Assembly: GCA_963699155.1 (NCBI GenBank)
Contig: OY969414.1
Location: 1,131,757 to 1,195,756 of the forward strand
Direction of reading: 5' to 3'
DNA length: 64,000 nucleotides
Source of the DNA: an uncultured Chlamydiales bacterium
GTDB taxonomy: Bacteria; Chlamydiota; Chlamydiia; Chlamydiales; JAAKFR01
Notes under the pieces: generated by a model
Databases searched by the model: none
Told to the model about the DNA's origin: nothing
Seen by the model: only the letters and a program-made list of their open reading frames with translations
Shown here: piece by piece, positions 29,885 to 38,978 of the stretch
Position numbering within the stretch: position 1 is the first letter of the stretch
Layout of the letters: the number at the start of each line of letters is the position of its first letter
Made by a program: the position numbers and the translations under genes

Positions 29885-30712
29885 TCATTCTTCTACTTTA
29901 AATGGCTTGGGAAGCCATTGAGGGGCGCTATGGTTGATCGCATTGAGGCTCGCTGTGGCAATGGCAATGTAAATACCACGAATAGCACCTCCTTCCCAAA
30001 AGCCTTTCCAACCGCTCCTTGACCAGACGGATGAGAGCATTGACCTCAAGGGTAGTTCAGTTTCGCTCGTCTGGATAAGTGTTTTTACCAGATCCATTGG
30101 GGCTGTGGCTATACCAGCGGCAAATCCTATGGTGGCTCCGAGAACTAGTTGAAGCGCAAGGGCTGCCGGCGGAGAGATCTTTTCTTGACGCTGGAGGCGG
30201 TTCAGAGAGCTTTGCTGCAAAAGGTGATTTTGTACAAAAGGAGTTAAATAGAAGACCGTCCATGTGAATGGGACATCCCGTCCGATGGTGGCGATGACTC
30301 CAGCCCTTCGGAGCGCATGTGGGACGAAGTCTTTATAAGGTAAGGCGTGCAATTGGCGATTTTTCATCAATCCCTCTCCAAAAGCAACTGCAGGTGATGC
30401 CACTAGCCCTGCTACCATTGCTGCCCAGGCAGGGGAAAGATGGCTGCGCAAGGCATCATGGGTCAGGTAGGCAATCGTAAAAATAGCGGCATCTACTCCA
30501 AAAATGGCCCAATAGCCACGATAGAGGCCACCTCGTCCTACTTTACCTATTTGGCCACTCTGCCTTAGGTTTTCAGTGACCTCCTGAGCTACTTTGCGTG
30601 TTTGGATGGTCCCGATCGGGTGGCTGATGACGTTGACGATCAGGCTAGAGAACGTTGCCAGCATAATCTGGCCAGCGTTATTTAAGCTTTCTAATTGTAT
30701 ATTAATAGACAT
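29885..30712 (-). CDS. mitochondrial carrier family (SLC25-like) protein
   Basis: Three-repeat TM pattern; signature PMDLVKTLIQ, degenerate PIGTIQTR, GLYRGY and GFWEGG, GRDVPF; ATG 30712. Confidence 0.8.
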   Translation of the reverse strand: MSINIQLESLNNAGQIMLATFSSLIVNVISHPIGTIQTRKVAQEVTENLRQSGQIGKVGRGGLYRGYWAIFGVDAAIFTIAYLTHDALRSHLSPAWAAMVAGLVASPAVAFGEGLMKNRQLHALPYKDFVPHALRRAGVIATIGRDVPFTWTVFYLTPFVQNHLLQQSSLNRLQRQEKISPPAALALQLVLGATIGFAAGIATAPMDLVKTLIQTSETELPLRSMLSSVWSRSGWKGFWEGGAIRGIYIAIATASLNAINHSAPQWLPKPFKVEE

Positions 30713-30924
30713 AACGAACCTTTCTTTAATTTTTTTTGTTGATGGAAAAATGTGAGTGAAAGAAAAAAAATTAAGCTGTGCGGCAAGCACAGCCCTTAAA
30801 GAAAGATTTCTTGAAAGGAGTAGCTCCAACGAGGCAATCGGACAAATCTGTTGGCGAATGGAAATGCATGTGGGAAATTTTACCCTAGCTCGTGTATATA
30901 ATCACGGTCTATCAAAAGAAACAG

Positions 30925-31272
30925 ATGTCAAGTGTCAACCAAAGATCCATTTTCTATATTGCCGGGGCGCTCGTTGTCTATACGGCCGTTACAGGCAATC
31001 TCGAAAAGATGGTGGTCATTCCCCTTATAGGCGGCTGTCTGAAGAAGGCAGGCTGTTATTACAAGTCACAGCTTGTTTCACAACTGGGTGAATCGGTCAT
31101 CGAGGGCTCATTCAGCTCACTGCCCGCAGCACTGGTTAGCTACGGGCTTTCGAGGTTTTTGGGAGAGAGTCTATTGGATAAGGCAGTCGCTTGCATAGGG
31201 GGTCCTGCACTGACTTATCAGGCATATATTAGCGGAGTCGACTTTTTGGTTGACCGCTACCGTCGTCATTAG
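30925..31272 (+). CDS. small hypothetical membrane protein
   Basis: Hydrophobic ORF; start uncertain. Confidence 0.45.
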   Translation: MSSVNQRSIFYIAGALVVYTAVTGNLEKMVVIPLIGGCLKKAGCYYKSQLVSQLGESVIEGSFSSLPAALVSYGLSRFLGESLLDKAVACIGGPALTYQAYISGVDFLVDRYRRH

Positions 31273-31372
31273 TGGCTGACAAATAAATAATTTTCATACA
31301 AAGAAAAAGTTGGTATGAGATATAATTGTATGAGCTAACCAAATTTTTGGTGGCTGAATTGGAGTATTAACA

Positions 31373-31468
31373 ATGAAAAGCACTTTAGAACTTTCTAAAG
31401 CAACTCGATTAAATTCTTTATTGGCTTCATTGTATTCTTTTTTGCATTCTCATCATCATCATCATTGA
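31373..31468 (+). CDS. His-rich leader peptide (MKSTLELSKATRLNSLLASLYSFLHSHHHHH)
   Basis: Translated by hand; GGAG RBS; six CAT codons among the last seven; 82 nt upstream of the POT gene. Confidence 0.75.
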   Translation: MKSTLELSKATRLNSLLASLYSFLHSHHHHH

Positions 31469-31550
31469 TATTCCTTTTTTACAACTTTTAGACAGTTTTG
31501 CCCTAGATAGTAGGTCAAAACGAGATATTTAATTTTTAATTTGATGTAAG

Positions 31551-32903
31551 ATGAGACTCCTGCAACCTAAACTACTTGGATTACTTTCTTGTGTGCAAAT
31601 GTGCAAGTTCTTTAGCCATTATGGCCTGAGAGCATTGCTCATCTTGTATATGGTCAATCAACTCCAGTTTTCAGATAGCCATTCTTTTGGCGTGAATGCA
31701 GTTTTTATCGGTCTTATTGAATTAGGGGGGATCTTTGGAGGGATTTTGGCAGACCGGTTTTTAGGTTTGCGGAGATCGCTCTTTTTGGGAGCCTCTATTC
31801 TGGCATTGGGCTATTTTGGTCTCATGGTGCCGAATGCCCTCTTTCTGGCTTTAGGTTTGATTATCTTGGGGGGGACTCTTTTTGGAAGCAATATCACGGC
31901 GCTGCTAGGGTCGGCCTATTCAGAAAATGATCCCCGCAGAGAGAGAGGGTTTACCCTTTTTTACATGATACAGAATGTGGGTGCCTTGATCTCGACACTT
32001 CTCTGCCCCTTGATTGCCACTCAATTTGGTTTCCAGTGGGGATTTTTGATTGCAGCCTTAGGTATGGTCGTGGGGGTTGTAGCCTTGATTTGGAAAAGAG
32101 ATCTGTTACCCCAGGAGCGTCTCCCCATCCAGAAAAAGAACGCTCTGGCAGTTTTGCCTATGATGGCTCTGATTTTAGGTATGGGCATACTAGCAATTTT
32201 TAAAGAAGAGATGGCTTTACCCTTCCTGCCATGGATTACAGGAGGCTTTTTTTGCTTCTTTGCTTGGAAATTGCTGAAGGAGCATACCCTATCCAAGAGC
32301 CAAGTTCGTCAATTTCTGATCTATCTGGGTGCCCTCATCCTCTTCTTTGCGGCCGAGGAGCAGATCTGCTCCTCTTTAGTGCTTTTCTCTGAAAGAGAGA
32401 CAAATAGAGCTCTACTTGGCTGGGAGGTGCCAAGCAGCGTGATCATGGCGGTGAACCCCGTGGTGATCATTCTCTTCGGAACGCTAATCTCAAAGTTTCG
32501 GGCAGCCATTTTCACTCCATTTGCCCTTGTGGCGCTCTCTTTCGGTAGCGTGGCTCTTCTCTGTTTATTCCATCTGGCAATCAGCTTCTGGGGAGTGATT
32601 GGAATGGTGGCGGTTGTATCCCTGGCCGAATTGATGGTGGGACCTATCGTGATGAGTTTTGCTTCAGAAGTGGCTGCGAAGGGGAGGTCGGGGATGGTGA
32701 TGGGAATGGTACCCATCGCTTTTTCACTCGCCTTTCTTTTGGGAGGGGGCTTTAGTAAGATGGTGGCAATTGAAGATCAGGTTACCTCGCTCGCCACGTA
32801 TGGGGCAGGCTTTGGGAAAATTGCCCTTCTGACACTTATCGGAGGGCTTGTGCTGCAATTATTGCTAAGGAGAATGACCCGTGAAAAATATTCAATTTCT
32901 TGA
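31551..32903 (+). CDS. POT-family (oligopeptide:H+) MFS transporter
   Basis: FSHYGLRALL (ExxERFxYYG-like), GGILADRFLG, DPRRERGFTLFY..NVG, AELMVGP. Confidence 0.88.
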   Translation: MRLLQPKLLGLLSCVQMCKFFSHYGLRALLILYMVNQLQFSDSHSFGVNAVFIGLIELGGIFGGILADRFLGLRRSLFLGASILALGYFGLMVPNALFLALGLIILGGTLFGSNITALLGSAYSENDPRRERGFTLFYMIQNVGALISTLLCPLIATQFGFQWGFLIAALGMVVGVVALIWKRDLLPQERLPIQKKNALAVLPMMALILGMGILAIFKEEMALPFLPWITGGFFCFFAWKLLKEHTLSKSQVRQFLIYLGALILFFAAEEQICSSLVLFSERETNRALLGWEVPSSVIMAVNPVVIILFGTLISKFRAAIFTPFALVALSFGSVALLCLFHLAISFWGVIGMVAVVSLAELMVGPIVMSFASEVAAKGRSGMVMGMVPIAFSLAFLLGGGFSKMVAIEDQVTSLATYGAGFGKIALLTLIGGLVLQLLLRRMTREKYSIS

Positions 32904-34215
32904 GTCACTTGACGGAATAGAAGCTGATCTACTGATATTGAGAGATCCTGCTCTACAGCAGAAAATCGATCACCAATTGAAGGGAGCCCTCTCTTTTAAT
33001 CTGAAGAAGGGAAAGTCTCCTGTCTGGATGACCACAAATGGGGCCCATACAATCTCTCGGATTGTTTTACCGACAAAAGATGATGACTTAGCCGCGCTTG
33101 CCACTGAGAAAAGGGTAGTGGTGGCTATCGCCGATCAGCCGGCAGAAAAAGTGGCTTTTGAGATTCTTGTGAAAGAACCGTCGGCGGAATCTTTCATTTT
33201 TTTATGCCCCAATGCTGCGCAAGCGGAAAAAGCCTTTCAGAAGGAGCGCTTTCTTTTGGAGGGGCTCTTTGCGGCCAAAAGATTGATCGCCGCTCCCTCC
33301 AATTTATTGCCCCCTCAGGAATTTGCAAATCAGTGCCGTCTCCTCGAAAGCCAAGGAGTGAAGGTCGATGTTTTGGATGAAAAAAGGCTTAAAGAGATCG
33401 GTGCTGAGGCTCTTCTTGCAGTAGGGCAGGGGAGTATCCACCCTCCAAAAATGGTGGTCATGGAGTGGCGTGGTTCAAACGAGCGGCCACTGGTTTTGAT
33501 AGGAAAGGGGATCTGTTTCGATGCGGGGGGAATCAACCTCAAGACGGCCAACCTGACCGAAATGAAATGGGATAAAGCGGGTGCTGGGGCCGTCGTAGGT
33601 GTCTTGGATGTCCTTTCAAAAATGAAGGCTCCCATTAACGTTGTAGGGATCGTTGTACTGGCAGAGAATATGCCCGATGGGGCTGCCCTGAAGCCGGGCG
33701 ACGTCATCTCCACATTGGGGAAGAAACGGGTGGAGATCATCGATACCGATTGCGAGGGAAGGCTCGCTCTTGCCGATGGTCTTTCGTACGCCCAAATGAA
33801 CTATCACCCTCAAGTATTGATTGATCTGGGCACCCTGGCTGTAGAAACCTTTGGTGCCTTAGGAAGAGAGTATGCAGGTCTTTTTTGTAATGATGCTGAA
33901 CTCACCAACGAGCTTATCCAAGCAGGAAATGCCTCTGGAGACAAGCTGTGGCCCCTTCCCCTTGGCCCCTATTATGCAAGTCTCGTCAGCTCAAAAATCG
34001 CCGATCTCAAAAATGCGGGAGGTTACCGCTATGGGGCCAGTTCGGCAGCGGCAGAGTTTTTAAGGGCCTTTGTCGATCCACAAATCCCTTGGGCCCATAT
34101 CGACATTGCGGGAACAGCCTGGAAACTCGATGCTCCCGAAGCCGGCGTTTCCGGCTTCGGGATTCGATTGCTGGTCGACTATTGTATTAATAAAATAAGG
34201 AACCAGTGTTGCTAA
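32881..34215 (+). CDS. pepA: M17 leucyl aminopeptidase
   Basis: GKGICFDAGG, MKWDKAG, DTDCEGRLALAD, WAHIDIAGT. Confidence 0.9.
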   Translation: MKNIQFLESLDGIEADLLILRDPALQQKIDHQLKGALSFNLKKGKSPVWMTTNGAHTISRIVLPTKDDDLAALATEKRVVVAIADQPAEKVAFEILVKEPSAESFIFLCPNAAQAEKAFQKERFLLEGLFAAKRLIAAPSNLLPPQEFANQCRLLESQGVKVDVLDEKRLKEIGAEALLAVGQGSIHPPKMVVMEWRGSNERPLVLIGKGICFDAGGINLKTANLTEMKWDKAGAGAVVGVLDVLSKMKAPINVVGIVVLAENMPDGAALKPGDVISTLGKKRVEIIDTDCEGRLALADGLSYAQMNYHPQVLIDLGTLAVETFGALGREYAGLFCNDAELTNELIQAGNASGDKLWPLPLGPYYASLVSSKIADLKNAGGYRYGASSAAAEFLRAFVDPQIPWAHIDIAGTAWKLDAPEAGVSGFGIRLLVDYCINKIRNQCC

Positions 34216-35401
34216 ATTCCGCTCCTTTAAGATTAAAATAAACGTGATCGAGAATGACCAATGGATCCGCTCTCTTTTTATCACAGTCGATTTCTTTGGC
34301 AATCTGGCGATAGGAAATAATTTCATCTAATGCTCTTGGGGAGGAGACACTAGAAAGCTTAGACTCCTTTTCAAATGGGGGCTCAATCGCAGCCAAAGCA
34401 AAGATCATCTGTGTAAAACCAATCTGGTTGACTATCCCTGTAAACAGACCCTTGTCATCCCCACGAACCGCTCCTACAAAAACTAAGAGAGCAGTTTCAG
34501 CAGAAAGTGTGGTAGTCGCAGCGTCTGGAAGGATTGAAAATTCGGCACCAGCCTTTTCCGGCTGTAGTAGAACACGAAAAGGTTGTGCCGAAGTTGACTT
34601 GAAGCAAACAGGCTGACACTCCTCTCTCAAGCGCAGCATGATCGCTTGATACTCATACAAAATAGATCCGAATGCCTTAGGGATGAACAAGAGGGGATCG
34701 GGGGTGTAGAGATGGGTCATCTCAATAGAGAGCATACTCATTAGAAATCCTCTGTCTTGGCATGAAGTTACTTTTTCTGCTTCTATTCTCAAGAATGCCA
34801 AGGAATTTAGGGAGAGGTTATGTTGAACGGCTTCAATGATTTTCATTCGGCTTCTCATGTCAAGTATGGCAATTTTATTGGAAAGCGACGAAAGCTTGTC
34901 GATATTCGAGTATGTGTGGATGATGCCATTCGGAAGTTTTTCAGATAGAGTACGGGTTTGTGCAAGAAGATAGCATTGGAATAGAAAAGCCAGTTTTTGT
35001 GAAATAACCGGACTGCCCAAATTCTCTTTAAAATAGACTCCAGGGCTAGATTTGGGTTTCTTGCCCGAGGTTCGATAGACCTCTACTCTTCTACGATTGA
35101 TCTCCTCTACAATCCCAGCCATTTTTTGGAGTAGATTCACTGCTTCTACTCTCAGTTCAGGATCGGCAAAAAAGAGATTCTGCAGAAAAGCGACAACCTG
35201 ACAGCTCCCATTTCCGGGATTCGTGTCGAGCTTTTTCACCTCTTTCTTGTCCCAAGCTTTGCAGGCTCCTATCGCAGTTCCTGTCAATAAAGTGGCTACA
35301 GCCAACATTGTCTTCTCATTCACTCTCTCATTGACAATCGCATCGATTAAAGCGGTTGGCAAAAGAGCGGATGCTAAATTAGTCGTTGAAATTCCAGACA
35401 T
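34187..35401 (-). CDS. hypothetical protein (downstream of a His-rich leader)
   Basis: ~404-aa ORF, ATG 35401; no family recognised. Confidence 0.7.
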   Translation of the reverse strand: MSGISTTNLASALLPTALIDAIVNERVNEKTMLAVATLLTGTAIGACKAWDKKEVKKLDTNPGNGSCQVVAFLQNLFFADPELRVEAVNLLQKMAGIVEEINRRRVEVYRTSGKKPKSSPGVYFKENLGSPVISQKLAFLFQCYLLAQTRTLSEKLPNGIIHTYSNIDKLSSLSNKIAILDMRSRMKIIEAVQHNLSLNSLAFLRIEAEKVTSCQDRGFLMSMLSIEMTHLYTPDPLLFIPKAFGSILYEYQAIMLRLREECQPVCFKSTSAQPFRVLLQPEKAGAEFSILPDAATTTLSAETALLVFVGAVRGDDKGLFTGIVNQIGFTQMIFALAAIEPPFEKESKLSSVSSPRALDEIISYRQIAKEIDCDKKRADPLVILDHVYFNLKGAEFSNTGSLFY

Positions 35402-35500
35402 ATCTTCACCTTGTAAAAAAAATTTAAAAAAATAGAGTAAACACCAGCTCAATTACCTTAAGCGGGTGAAAAACTAACTGTTATATGGAAAAATTAAGAA

Positions 35501-35587
35501 TTATTGCCGATGGCAATGATGATGATGGGGATGCACTGAAGTTTGCAAAGTAGCAACTGAAGAGATGACAGTTTGATTGATTTTCAT
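35501..35587 (-). CDS. His-rich leader peptide (MKINQTVISSVATLQTSVHPHHHHCHRQ)
   Basis: GGAG RBS; 6 His in the last 10 residues; followed by a hairpin and T-tract; 99 nt upstream of the next ATG. Confidence 0.72.
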   Translation of the reverse strand: MKINQTVISSVATLQTSVHPHHHHCHRQ

Positions 35588-35652
35588 TGCTTGACTCCAA
35601 AACATTAGCTCATATTTTTGAGCTGCTATAATTTTACCCGAAGCGTAGCTTT

Positions 35653-36699
35653 TTAGGCAACAACAGAACCGCACATCGCAGCTCTCACCTCTCTGGAGCC
35701 TTTGTGAGCGGTTTTCCCATGCATCGTGGCGACATTGTCGACAAAGATCAGGTCGCCTGCTTTCCAATCGCGGCCCACTTGATGCTTTTCTAGGATGTTC
35801 AGAATGGTGGAGGCCTCTTCAAGGCTGATGGGAGTGCCATCATCAAATTGGACATCAAACTGACGGCTGCTCTCAGTAGGGTAGAGGATGGTTGTGGCCG
35901 CTAGATATTTCCACCAACCCCCACACAGTTTGGGGCTCAGGATATCAACATAGATCTGGTTACAAAATAGGGTGATACCCTCGCTCTGGATCGTTCCAGG
36001 AATGCCGCTGCGTGAAACAACAAGCCACTTCTCATCCCATCTGTAGATTAAACCCTCTTCTCGAAACTTTTGTTCGACAACTTGTCGATCCTCGCTACCA
36101 AAACGGGCCTTGATCGTTGCGTGAGAGGGATTCAGTGTTTGAATCCATCGAGTATAGGCGCTTCCTTCGGGCAGATAACGGGCAGTATAAGTCAGGGGTG
36201 TGGTGCGCAGCTTTTCCCATAATGCAGGTAAAGCCTGTTTAATCTCTTCTGTGATATTTTTCACATTGGCAACGACCGTCTGCCCCATACCAGCCTGTGG
36301 AGGCGTCGAACAGAAAAAGGAGATGTATTGAGGCATCTGTTTTCGATCTCCGCCTGAGACCTCTTGATGGGGAGGGACCCAGACATCATCTGACTCAGCT
36401 GTCGAATGGTAGACATTATTGCCGACCTCTCTACGTGGCGTATCTCCCTTATAAACATCGGGTGGCTTTCCCAAAGCTGCTGTGAAGGCAGCGTGGAATT
36501 GAGCCTCTACCAGATTAAAGCCGCTAAAGACCACCGCTCCATAGGTTTTAATCGCCTCCGCGATGATTTTCTTATGGCTCCCTGCCCACTCAATAAAGTC
36601 GATGGGCTCACGAGGAGTCACCACGAGGGGGCATCCTGTTCTCGTTACAGAAAAACAGTGAAAATGGGTTTCAGGAAAGAGACTAGCTGTTATGGACAT
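35653..36699 (-). CDS. TauD/TfdA-family Fe/2OG dioxygenase
   Basis: YGAVVFSGF, PPHQE, ISFFC, WKAGDLIFVDN...MHGK; start uncertain. Confidence 0.85.
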   Translation of the reverse strand: MSITASLFPETHFHCFSVTRTGCPLVVTPREPIDFIEWAGSHKKIIAEAIKTYGAVVFSGFNLVEAQFHAAFTAALGKPPDVYKGDTPRREVGNNVYHSTAESDDVWVPPHQEVSGGDRKQMPQYISFFCSTPPQAGMGQTVVANVKNITEEIKQALPALWEKLRTTPLTYTARYLPEGSAYTRWIQTLNPSHATIKARFGSEDRQVVEQKFREEGLIYRWDEKWLVVSRSGIPGTIQSEGITLFCNQIYVDILSPKLCGGWWKYLAATTILYPTESSRQFDVQFDDGTPISLEEASTILNILEKHQVGRDWKAGDLIFVDNVATMHGKTAHKGSREVRAAMCGSVVA

Positions 36700-36810
36700 A
36701 TACTTCTCGACTTTGTACATTTTTTGACGGCTTCTTCGAGAGAATCGTCGTCGCATTAATTATTTTTGCGCTCATGAATAATCACGCTACCTCGATTTTG
36801 AAGCCAGCTT

Positions 36811-37369
36811 TTTTGGCCCTGCCTCGCTGAGACTCTCGGCTGCTGGAGCAGCCTCGGTCTCAGGCGCGGGTGGGGGCGCCGAAGGTCGCTCGCGGCCCTC
36901 TTCGGCCGCTGCCACTCCCAACGGCGCCAAATGCGAGCCGCTGATATCTTCATAGGTAAAAACTTTCCTGGAGCTATTATGGAGCCCCAACAACCCTATT
37001 CAGGAATCTTCTCTTCCATGTGCAAAGCCTCGTCTGAGAAGCCCCAGAAGGACTCAGATAGAAATAAGATGGTTAGATGATCTTCTGCCGAGTGACTACA
37101 AAGCACGTTTTGTTTGGGATTTTGTAGGACAACTCATATCTTGGACTGTTTTAGGTAACATAAAGTCAGCAGAAGGCAAAATAGGTCGTTCCAGCGTCAG
37201 ATCTAAGGCAAGGATAATGAAGATGGCTTGCGGAGGATTAATCCTGCCTATAACGTGCAATTTGCCACAGAGACCATAAGTCGAGTGATTATAGGAGTGG
37301 CTCGGCGCCCCCACCCGCGCCTGAGACCGAGGCTGCGCTAGCAGGCGAGTGTCTCAGCGGGGGCCAGAA
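36811..37369. repeat. GC-rich ~65-70-bp inverted repeat pair
   Basis: 36811-36881 and 37302-37369 share GCAGCCTCGGTCTCAGGCGCGGGTGGGGGCGCCG in opposite orientation. Confidence 0.8.
36979..37210 (+). pseudogene. IS1182-like transposase N-terminal remnant
   Basis: Hand translation KPRLRSPRRTQIEIRWLDDLLPSDYKARFVWDFVGQL...IKSAEGKIGR; frameshifted start, truncated. Confidence 0.55.
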
Positions 37370-37460
37370 TGGAAACAAGATAAGAAGATCAGCTTACGCT
37401 GGCAAGATAGGTAAGATTATCATGGTTATCTTACGGCGATAGCCGATCTTGTTCGATCCA

Positions 37461-37718
37461 CTACTTCCTTGTGGAGAGGTAGTTGATTTCACTTCTGAGC
37501 TGTGTGAGAGAGCTCATCAATCGGTCTCTATTTTCGAAAGCATCTGCACCGGCGCCGAGGTAGAGATCTTGAATGGCTTCGAGTCTTTGGCTCAAGGTGG
37601 TAAATTGATCGATGGTGATGATACCATCATTGACTTTTTGCTGCAGAAGATCCTCTATCTCGTTGATCAACGGCACAGGATCATCGCGGATTCTATCAGG
37701 TCCATAGGAATAGGCCAT
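37461..37718 (-). CDS. small helical hypothetical protein (paralog of 37817..38131)
   Basis: AGGAG RBS; EIEDLLQQKVNDG..FTTLSQRL. Confidence 0.7.
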   Translation of the reverse strand: MAYSYGPDRIRDDPVPLINEIEDLLQQKVNDGIITIDQFTTLSQRLEAIQDLYLGAGADAFENRDRLMSSLTQLRSEINYLSTRK

Positions 37719-37816
37719 GAGATTACTCCTTCCTGTTTATTATATAAATTATTTGAATTCTTTAGGACTATTTTCTAACCTTAAAGAGATAAAGAGTCCT
37801 TTTTTGAGGTTAATAT

Positions 37817-38131
37817 ATGACTGAACCCGTTAGTGGAAGTCGAAGTTCCTATTCTTATGGCTCGCATAAGAAAGAAATTCAAAATGCCACAGAAATCATC
37901 ATGGAGATTGAGAATATTCTCCAGACGAAGCTTAACAATGGTGAGATCAATTTGCAGGAGTTTACAACGCTCAGCCAAAAACTGAATGGTATCCAGAAGC
38001 AGTATCAGACAGATCAAGGCAAAGAGAATAAAAACCAATCTCAATTGATCCATGCGCTCAATGATCTTAAAAACGAGATTGAATCGATTGCTGGCGGGGG
38101 AGCTACTTCCGGTGGTAGTGCTAAAAGCTAG
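37817..38131 (+). CDS. small helical hypothetical protein (paralog of 37461..37718)
   Basis: GAGG RBS; EIENILQTKLNNG..FTTLSQKL. Confidence 0.7.
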   Translation: MTEPVSGSRSSYSYGSHKKEIQNATEIIMEIENILQTKLNNGEINLQEFTTLSQKLNGIQKQYQTDQGKENKNQSQLIHALNDLKNEIESIAGGGATSGGSAKS

Positions 38132-38133
38132 CG

Positions 38134-38967
38134 CTAGAAAAAGAGTTGTCCTTTGATGTGGATGGCGTTTTCGTCGCCGAAACGGCCCTCTACGGTGACG
38201 GCAAGGTTTTTGCAGTCAAAGGGGGGAGCGAGAGTGAGGCCAATGGCATAGCCAAAGTGGCGGCTGCTTTCGAGGTTGATGAGCGTTGCTACTGGGGGAC
38301 TGGTTGGTCTCACTAAGAGAGGTTGGTTGTTAAACTCCCACAAGGCGCGTGACCATTTGATGGCGATGTAGGGGACAAAATAGCAGCTGTACCGATAGGA
38401 AACCCCTGCTCCAAACTGCCATTCTGAATAGCGGGCGTGATCATCATTGGAATTTCCGCTGACATTCACGATGCGCCAGAGATGGGTGTGAGGTCTCGAA
38501 GAGAAGTATTGGCCCATGACGCCCAAAGCAAAGCAGCGGTAGTGCCAAATCGTGGCATGGGTCCCCACGCTCCAAGAAAAAGCTGTATTGGTGAAAAAAT
38601 CGAACCGAGGGCTAGGGTTGGAGCCATTGAAGGGTTTTAAACTGGTATTGAGCGAAAGCTGGGTGGCACCCAGTGTGGTGAAAATTTCAAATAGCTCTCC
38701 CACTGTGAGTCCCAAATAGCCTGCGTTAGTAGTGATATGGCTATAATCGATCTGTTTTCCAGCCACCGTTTTGAAGTGGCGGTTGAAAACGAAATCGCCA
38801 TAGTAGCCGAGCGTAAAATAGAGGGGCCTCTCCTCACTATTGCTAGCGCACTCTTTTTTACATTCTTTCATGGTAAAGAGGCTGGCCTCAGAGGGATTCC
38901 CGATGGGGAGAGCCTCAACTCTTGTCAGCAAGAAGAGGGCGGCTACGAAAAGAGATAGTTTTTTCAT
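38134..38967 (-). CDS. chlamydial MOMP/OmpA-family porin
   Basis: ALPIGNPSEASL, GYYGDFVFNR, TNAGYL, YSEWQ, PYIAIKWSRA. Confidence 0.88.
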   Translation of the reverse strand: MKKLSLFVAALFLLTRVEALPIGNPSEASLFTMKECKKECASNSEERPLYFTLGYYGDFVFNRHFKTVAGKQIDYSHITTNAGYLGLTVGELFEIFTTLGATQLSLNTSLKPFNGSNPSPRFDFFTNTAFSWSVGTHATIWHYRCFALGVMGQYFSSRPHTHLWRIVNVSGNSNDDHARYSEWQFGAGVSYRYSCYFVPYIAIKWSRALWEFNNQPLLVRPTSPPVATLINLESSRHFGYAIGLTLAPPFDCKNLAVTVEGRFGDENAIHIKGQLFF

Positions 38968-38978
38968 GAGATGCCCTC

